Below are positions 25,995-31,952 of a stretch of 31,952 nt of DNA, one piece after another. The notes under the pieces were generated by a model. It was not told the origin of the DNA, searched no databases, and saw nothing but the letters and a program-made list of their open reading frames with translations. The DNA is taken from positions 1 through 31,952 of the forward strand of contig WALU01000063.1 of assembly GCA_015522685.1 (NCBI GenBank), read 5' to 3'. A program made the position numbers and the translations under genes. Within the stretch, counting starts at the first letter, position 1, and the number at the start of each line of letters is the position of its first letter. This stretch comes from Thermoproteota archaeon. Its GTDB lineage: Archaea; Korarchaeota; Korarchaeia; Korarchaeales; Korarchaeaceae.

Positions 25995-27104
25995 ATGTTC
26001 CGGCAGAGATCAAGGAGAATAGCACCGCAGGCCCTCATTGCTGCGATGTACGGATTCGGTGATATCTTAGCGGGCGCTATTCTTTGGGCCTACTTTCCTA
26101 CTAATATAGCTTGGGCATCTATCCTCTATCCTCCAGTCATAGGAGCCAGAGGGGCGATCTCCGGCTCCTTTGTGGGGCGATTGACATCAGCCTTGAATAT
26201 TGGTACAGTAAAACCTAACCTAAGCAGAGAAAACGATAAATTATGGGAGATTCTATCAACAACAATAACAGCATCTCTTCTAGCCTCAGTAATCGCCCCT
26301 CTTCCTCCGAAACTTATAGGAATGAGTGTTAGCTATCTAAAAATTTTTTCTATTTCCTTAATAACAATTTCGGGTGTTGCCTTAATACTCTTACCTTTAA
26401 AGATATTTGTATCCTTTGAATCATTCAAGAGAGGGCTCGATCCTGATATAATTGTATATCCCCTAACCTCAACTGCTGCTGATATAATAGTTACATTCCT
26501 ATACATCTACGCGATAAGATATGCTAATAGCGTTCTAGAGCCGATAATCACTCTCATTATACTGATAATATCAATCGCCATAATTGTACTGTGGTTCTCG
26601 AGGAGCTTCGTTCGAATCCTAATGGAAATATTAACTGCTACAATAATCGTAGTAGAAATAGAAAGTTTAGCGGGTGCCTTCCTAGGAGAAGCCATCTCAA
26701 TATCTGACCCCAGAGTTCTCCTAATCTATCCCGCTATGCTAACGGAGCTGGGAGACGCAAGTTCCATAGTAGGTTCTATACTCACTACAAGGTTCTTCTT
26801 AGGTATGATAAGAAGTAAGGTTTTACTTACTGACATAGTTCCTGAAGTAGTTAGCATATTCAGCATATATCTAGGATTCTTTTCCTTAATGGGAGGGATT
26901 TTATGGCTTCTAGGTGGCAAACCACTGGTAAGCATAATTACATTCATGATAGCTTTCCCCATAATGCTTCTTATAACTGCCCTTATTGTGATGCTAACTA
27001 GTAGAAAGTTCGATCCAGATAACTTTACAATACCAATATCGACTTCTCTAGCAGATCTCATTACTACAGCCACCGTATCTCTTGTACTGGCATTGTTAGG
27101 ATAG
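25995..27104 (+). CDS. MgtE-like divalent cation transporter (two integral-membrane MgtE domains, COG1824-like)
   Basis: Duplicated YP....G...G....RL and GLDPD...P...T.AD / FDPDN...P..TS.AD motifs. Confidence 0.88.
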   Translation: MFRQRSRRIAPQALIAAMYGFGDILAGAILWAYFPTNIAWASILYPPVIGARGAISGSFVGRLTSALNIGTVKPNLSRENDKLWEILSTTITASLLASVIAPLPPKLIGMSVSYLKIFSISLITISGVALILLPLKIFVSFESFKRGLDPDIIVYPLTSTAADIIVTFLYIYAIRYANSVLEPIITLIILIISIAIIVLWFSRSFVRILMEILTATIIVVEIESLAGAFLGEAISISDPRVLLIYPAMLTELGDASSIVGSILTTRFFLGMIRSKVLLTDIVPEVVSIFSIYLGFFSLMGGILWLLGGKPLVSIITFMIAFPIMLLITALIVMLTSRKFDPDNFTIPISTSLADLITTATVSLVLALLG

Positions 27105-27165
27105 CGGGGAAAGTAACCTAGCTTCCTTAACTAAATCATTATATTTCTCGATTACTTGCTCATAT

Positions 27166-27684
27166 ATGCTAATTGACTTGGGCATAAAAGTAAACTGGCT
27201 TGCAAGGACTGGATGGATGCAATTGGGCATCCCATCCTCCATGGCGGAAACGGTCTCTCAGCACACATTTCTAGCTTTACTCACAGCAGTTGATCTAATG
27301 AAGGAGCTAAAGAAAAGAGGGAAAATATTTAATGAGAATAAAGTGCTCAATATGGTATTGATACATGACTTAGCCGAAGGTATCATAGGAGATATACCAC
27401 CCTGGACAAGCAGTAGAGTCAGAAAGAGAGATTTGGAGGAGGAAGCCTTACTGAGTTCAGGGGTCCCTGTAGAAATGATAAATGTATGGAGGGAATATAA
27501 AGAAGGTGCCTCAATAGAAGCCAAGATTTCTAAGCTCGCAGATCTGATGTCTACTTGGAGAATGGCCATTCATTACAAGGAGATAGGCTTTTCTGTGGAC
27601 GATATAATGAGATCAACCGAAAAAATATCATTAAAACTGGCTAAAGAGCTAGGTTTAGGTATAAAGAATGAGAATTATAGGTGA
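27166..27684 (+). CDS. HD-domain hydrolase (YfbR/HDDC2-like 5'-deoxynucleotidase)
   Basis: RTGW, ETVSQH, IHDLAE..IGDI and EY..G.S.EAK....AD motifs. Confidence 0.85.
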   Translation: MLIDLGIKVNWLARTGWMQLGIPSSMAETVSQHTFLALLTAVDLMKELKKRGKIFNENKVLNMVLIHDLAEGIIGDIPPWTSSRVRKRDLEEEALLSSGVPVEMINVWREYKEGASIEAKISKLADLMSTWRMAIHYKEIGFSVDDIMRSTEKISLKLAKELGLGIKNENYR

Positions 27685-27699
27685 GTTAAGGAGGGGGAA

Positions 27700-28653
27700 T
27701 TAGACTTCCTGTATATCACCATACTTCGGTTTAAGTCCGGGAAGCTTATTAAATGGCTCTCTGAGCCTAACTGCCCTCTTAAATGCCTCCACAAGGTCTT
27801 TATCTGATCCTCCAGATTTCATAATGCTGAGAAAATCAACTAGATCATTGTCCTTTCTTAGACAGGTCTTAAAGTATCCATCAGCGGTTACCCTTAGTCT
27901 AGTGCATTTCATGCAAAAGTAAGGATTTATTGTCCCTCTGACTATCTCCACGGTAGCCCCATTCCCCAAATGATATATGGGTCTACCATGCAGTTCTCTT
28001 ATCTCCTTCCTGACCGCTATTTTTGAGAGTTTCTCCTCGAATTCCTTTAAGCTACAATAATACTTGATCAATGAAGGATCTACTGGCAGTAGCTCTATAA
28101 CTTGGAGCCTAATGCCCTTACTAGAGACGTAATCAACCATATCCCAGAGTTCATTCTCATTATAGCCCTTGAGTACGGTGAAATCTATCTTAACAGGCAT
28201 CAGCTTACATTCAATTGCCCTATCTACTGCCTTTAAAGCTCTATCTAGCCCATCTACACCAGTTATCTTCCTGTAGACATCTCTTCTTAAGGAATGTATG
28301 CTTATATTTACCCTTGAGAGCCCAGCTTCCTTCAGAGAGCAAGCCCTTTTCGATAGGAACCATCCATTAGTAACCATGCTGACCTCTTCAATCCCAGCAT
28401 TCTTTATCTCCCGTATAATATCCTCTGTATCCTTTCTAATTAGAGGCTCTCCCCCAGTTATCTTAACGGTCCTAATACCTAGATCTGATAACAGGCGAAC
28501 GAGTCTTCCTATCTCTTGGGGAGTCATCTCACTTCCATTGGCATTATGTCCCTCCCTATGGCAAAAGAAGCAATTGTAATTACATGCATTCGTTATAGAG
28601 ATCCTTAAGCTATTGACTGGCCTACCCCACCTATCAATGAGCAATCTGTTCAC
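27700..28653 (-). CDS. moaA: GTP 3',8-cyclase MoaA (radical SAM)
   Basis: LIDRWGRP, LRIS, CNYNCFFC, KITGGEP, TNG, RVNIS and C-terminal FCMKCTRLRVTADG..KTC. Confidence 0.95.
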   Translation of the reverse strand: MNRLLIDRWGRPVNSLRISITNACNYNCFFCHREGHNANGSEMTPQEIGRLVRLLSDLGIRTVKITGGEPLIRKDTEDIIREIKNAGIEEVSMVTNGWFLSKRACSLKEAGLSRVNISIHSLRRDVYRKITGVDGLDRALKAVDRAIECKLMPVKIDFTVLKGYNENELWDMVDYVSSKGIRLQVIELLPVDPSLIKYYCSLKEFEEKLSKIAVRKEIRELHGRPIYHLGNGATVEIVRGTINPYFCMKCTRLRVTADGYFKTCLRKDNDLVDFLSIMKSGGSDKDLVEAFKRAVRLREPFNKLPGLKPKYGDIQEV

Positions 28654-29078
28654 CCTTTAACCTTTTTTAAGACCTTTATCTCCTCAATTCTAGTGATTGG
28701 GTAATTCCCAGATTCATCCTTCTCTAAATATTTCACCATATCCCATATATTCAGAAGAGCAGCCGTAACTCCACTTAGAGCCTCCATCTCGACTCCAGTT
28801 TGGCCAATGGATCTTACTGTAACCTCCACCCCCACATACTCCTCTCCTACATAGAACTCCACCTCCACACCGGTTATGGGGATTGGATGGCAGAGAGAAA
28901 TCAGCCTGGGGGTATCCTTAACTGCCTGCACGGCAGATACCCTAGATACCGTAAATACATCTCCTTTCTTAATTTTCCCTCCTCTTACCTTCTCTATTGT
29001 CTCTTTTTTGAGCCTAATCTTACCATATGCTTTTGCCTCTCTGTAAACGGGCGGCTTTTTTGTTATATCCACCATCAA
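28650..29078 (-). CDS. moaC: cyclic pyranopterin monophosphate synthase MoaC
   Basis: MVDI, KKGDV, LCHPI, TGVEMEAL and IWDMVK motifs. Confidence 0.95.
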   Translation of the reverse strand: MMVDITKKPPVYREAKAYGKIRLKKETIEKVRGGKIKKGDVFTVSRVSAVQAVKDTPRLISLCHPIPITGVEVEFYVGEEYVGVEVTVRSIGQTGVEMEALSGVTAALLNIWDMVKYLEKDESGNYPITRIEEIKVLKKVKG

Positions 29079-29158
29079 AATACATCACCTAAATCGTGAT
29101 CCGACTTGTTTGTCTACTCTATAATTTTCTCATTATTAAGTTATAATTATAGTTATAC

Positions 29159-29608
29159 CTAATGATTTCTCTCCTCTGCTCCTACCCCTATCCATGCCTC
29201 TCCTCCTTCTTTAAAGATCCCCTTCTTCCATATGGCCGCAGACTTCTTTATCTCGTCCATAATCCATTGAGCTGCGTTAAAAGCTTCTTTCCTATGTTTC
29301 GCGACCGTGATAACTAAAAGAGCTAGCTCTCCGACCTTAACCTCACCAACCCTATGTATTATTGTTGCATCTATTATGCCAAAATGTGAAATAGCCTGGT
29401 CTCTCATATCTCTCAAGGACTTCTCGACCATTTCCGGATAGTAATCATAATAAAGCTTTTCTATCTCTTTCCCATTAGATGAGCCCCTTATTATACCCCT
29501 AAAAGTTACTACAGCACCTATCTCCCTAGATACTTTTAATACAGAGCTAAGCTCAGCTTCAATGTTTATGTTAGACTCAGTGATGTAAGTTCTCCCCAAA
29601 TCAACCAC
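29159..29608 (-). CDS. moaE: molybdopterin synthase catalytic subunit MoaE
   Basis: GAVVTF.G..R, HRVG....GE, HRKEAF.A and MDEIK...IWKK motifs. Confidence 0.92.
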   Translation of the reverse strand: MVDLGRTYITESNINIEAELSSVLKVSREIGAVVTFRGIIRGSSNGKEIEKLYYDYYPEMVEKSLRDMRDQAISHFGIIDATIIHRVGEVKVGELALLVITVAKHRKEAFNAAQWIMDEIKKSAAIWKKGIFKEGGEAWIGVGAEERNH

Positions 29609-29843
29609 CTGAGAATATTGGAAGTATCGCTATTATATCATTTCCTTCAACCTTTCTATCTAACTCCTTTGTAATTGTGTGATTTACAGCAGTAAGAAGC
29701 TTCCCTTTCATCACCATACTAGCTATCTCTTCATCTATCAATGATAGAAGATCCCTCAAACTTCCACTGAACTCCAATTTACGCTCTCTCCAACCTTTAC
29801 TCTCAGATAACCATCCATAAAGCCTGACGTATACCATTGTCAC
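29601..29843 (-). CDS. moaD: MoaD/SAMP ubiquitin-like sulfur carrier
   Basis: 80 aa, AVN motif, D.IAILP and C-terminal SGG; overlaps the moaE start. Confidence 0.92.
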   Translation of the reverse strand: MTMVYVRLYGWLSESKGWRERKLEFSGSLRDLLSLIDEEIASMVMKGKLLTAVNHTITKELDRKVEGNDIIAILPIFSGG

Positions 29844-29848
29844 ACACC

Positions 29849-31048
29849 CTAAACTAGCTCAATAGCCATACTTTGGGCTCCTCCCCCGCCATGGCATATA
29901 GTGGCTAATCCCTTACGTCCTCCTTTTATCTGGAGGGCATTTATCAGGGTTACTAGAATTCTAGCTCCACTATCGCCCAGAGGATGTCCTATGGCAACAG
30001 CTCCTCCAAATACATTGAGCTTCTCCATCGGAATATTCAAGCCCTTAGCCACCACTAGGCTAGCTAGGGCAAACGCTTCATTGTGTTCATAGAGATCAAA
30101 GTCCTCGATTTTCATATTAAGCCTCTGAAGCAGTTTCTTAGTTGCTGGAATGGGCGCCTCAATGAAGTCTTTTGGTTCTACGCTCGCTGATGCAAATCCT
30201 AGTATTCTAGCTATAGGCTTCAATCCCCTCTCCTCAACTACCTTCCTATGAGCAAGAACTAGAGCTGAACCTCCATCACTCAGCTGGGAGGCATTAGCTG
30301 CAGTTACCATTCCATTAGGGACGAATACGGGCTTAAGTCTGGCTACCTTCTCTAAGCTAGTATCTGGCCTTATCCCCTCATCCTTATTTAAAACAACATC
30401 ATTTCCTTTCTTTACGGGCTCTATTTCTCTGGAAGAGTAGCCCTTTCTTGTGGCCTCAGCTGCTTTTATGTGACTAGAAACTGCGAATTCATCTGCCTCT
30501 CTCCTACTTATCTTCCACTTCTTTGCGGTCTCTTCAGCTTCTTTACCCATTAGCAATCCAGTGTGGGGATCTATGAGACCATCATGGACCATCAGATCTA
30601 TAAGCTTCTCTCCAGCGAAGGCAAACCTTACCCCCCATCTCCATTTAGGCGGGAGAGAATAAGGAGCCATACTCATGTTCTCCATGCCTCCAGCGATGAC
30701 TACCCTATCCTCCCTAAAAGCAATGCTCTGGGCAGCCAGAGATACTGCCTTCATTCCAGATGCACAAACCTTGTTCACGGTGAAGCCCGATATAGTAGCT
30801 GGGAGGCCTGCTAATATAGAGGCCTGTCTAGCAGGGTTCTGCCCGATCATTGCTTGTATGGCGTTGCCCATTATGACCTCATCAACATCTTGAGGATCTA
30901 GACCAGATCTCTCGAGAGCGGCTTTAATCGCTACTGCTCCAAGCTTAGGAGCGGGCCAGTCCCTGAGAGATCCACCAAACTTCCCGATAGGGGTACGAGC
31001 TATTCCAACGATGAATATATCATCTAAGCCTGAAAACATGACAATCAC
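29849..31048 (-). CDS. acetyl-CoA acetyltransferase (thiolase)
   Basis: RTPIGKFGG, QNPARQA, NKVCASG (catalytic Cys), GGMENMS, NAS..SDG, NEAFA, GHPLG and CHGGGG motifs. Confidence 0.93.
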   Translation of the reverse strand: MIVMFSGLDDIFIVGIARTPIGKFGGSLRDWPAPKLGAVAIKAALERSGLDPQDVDEVIMGNAIQAMIGQNPARQASILAGLPATISGFTVNKVCASGMKAVSLAAQSIAFREDRVVIAGGMENMSMAPYSLPPKWRWGVRFAFAGEKLIDLMVHDGLIDPHTGLLMGKEAEETAKKWKISRREADEFAVSSHIKAAEATRKGYSSREIEPVKKGNDVVLNKDEGIRPDTSLEKVARLKPVFVPNGMVTAANASQLSDGGSALVLAHRKVVEERGLKPIARILGFASASVEPKDFIEAPIPATKKLLQRLNMKIEDFDLYEHNEAFALASLVVAKGLNIPMEKLNVFGGAVAIGHPLGDSGARILVTLINALQIKGGRKGLATICHGGGGAQSMAIELV

Positions 31049-31952
31049 CTACAAACTTCTAATTGATCTCCTCCTTGATAAGAGAGCGGAAATAAGGGAG
31101 TATTCTCCTCAGATAACTCCTTCTTGAGGGTAGAATAGAGACAGCTCTTCAGTTTTCCATTGATCTTAAAGAGATGCTCTAATGTTTTAACGGCCATCTT
31201 GAGAATTATTTTATGGAGGATAAAAGATTCCATAAGGTTAGTTACATTATTAGCTCTCTTAAGATCTCTCAATATTCTCCCTCTAGGGAAGATTGAATAC
31301 TTTCTTAAGGGAGGAGCTGATATACCATTCTCACTCAATGCATAATCTACCGCCTTGGCTGCAGCTATTGCGTTCTCTATAGTGAAATCTATGCTTCTGA
31401 CTATAATCCCGTAGTTGGCGCAAAACCCAGCAGCATCAGTGTAATTCGCTTTTTTTACCAATAAACTGACCTTTATGATAACTCCTAAGGAAATGCCTCC
31501 TAAATTTGTATATAAGAAGCCACCACCATTGGTTCCTTGAGCTAGATCCCTTATGGAAAGCTGGGCCACTCTCTCGTCACTTCCTAGCTCAAATCTACCC
31601 TCTATAACGCTTTTAGATATTTCTATAACTTCTTTGGATCTGACAGCGAAATCTTCCTCTGATAGCTTGGGTCTGAGTTTAGATTTCTCATCCATAGAGC
31701 TAACCACTTCATCTGCAGCTATAATAATATGAGATTCAATCTCCTCTCCATCCTCAGCTACTATTCCCTTAGCCTTACCATCCCTTATCGGGGGAGATTT
31801 CACTTTCATGCTTGAGATCACCTCAGCTTCTGTACCTTCTATCTTATCGGAGAGCCATTTATCAAACTTAGCTCTTAATAGAATAAAACTCTTGACTCCT
31901 GGATCTGTGCTCAGCTTCGCTTTAATTTCTCTATTCCTATATAGGGGCCCCA
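31045..31952 (-). pseudogene. fixC: degenerate FixC/ETF-quinone oxidoreductase-like flavoprotein, 5' end outside the window
   Basis: The frame stays open to the window edge (SFILLRAKFDKWL upstream of the called start). GGGFLYTN..ISLG and DAAGF..N.G are present, but the long segment between them is missing and ADGVNS / GVKEVI read ADEVVS / RSKEVI. Confidence 0.7.

Noticed and set aside
27700-27730. MoaA lacks the C-terminal GG motif of bacterial enzymes
   Set aside because: Absence of this motif is common in archaeal MoaA, so it is not unusual.

Overview
AT-rich (about 40% GC by eye), gene-dense archaeal chromosomal segment. Codon usage (ATA/AGG/AGA), TATA boxes, GGAGG/GGTGA ribosome-binding sites and gene content (TFS, AglB, DUF373, COG1340, COG2522) suggest a thermophilic TACK-lineage archaeon, possibly Korarchaeota; this placement is an inference. 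Genes in order: ino1, two hypothetical genes, an Opp/Dpp peptide ABC operon whose binding protein ends in an S-layer-like domain, a class III aminotransferase, an HTH regulator, an unusually long NDK, aglB, an EamA transporter, mobA, a bactofilin-like beta-helix protein, DUF711, trxB, a lone aroA, tfs, a NYN protein lacking most catalytic aspartates, DUF373, a coiled-coil protein, an MgtE-like permease, an HD hydrolase, moaA-moaC-moaE-moaD, a thiolase and a degenerate fixC running off the right edge. I found no rRNA, tRNA, CRISPR array, integrase or transposase. The main pattern missed by the ORF track is that most larger intergenic gaps hold decayed genes: a COG1318 regulator, a winged-HTH fragment, an ASCH gene, a RelB-RelE pair and a possible cyclophilin-like gene. 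Several intact genes also carry substitutions in normally invariant motifs, which points to ongoing genome erosion. I cannot support a clear new multi-gene system. The best candidates for undescribed biology are the long NDK next to aglB, the pseudo-nuclease NYN paired with tfs, the bactofilin-like protein and the S-layer-domain binding protein. All family assignments come from motif recognition, not database searches.
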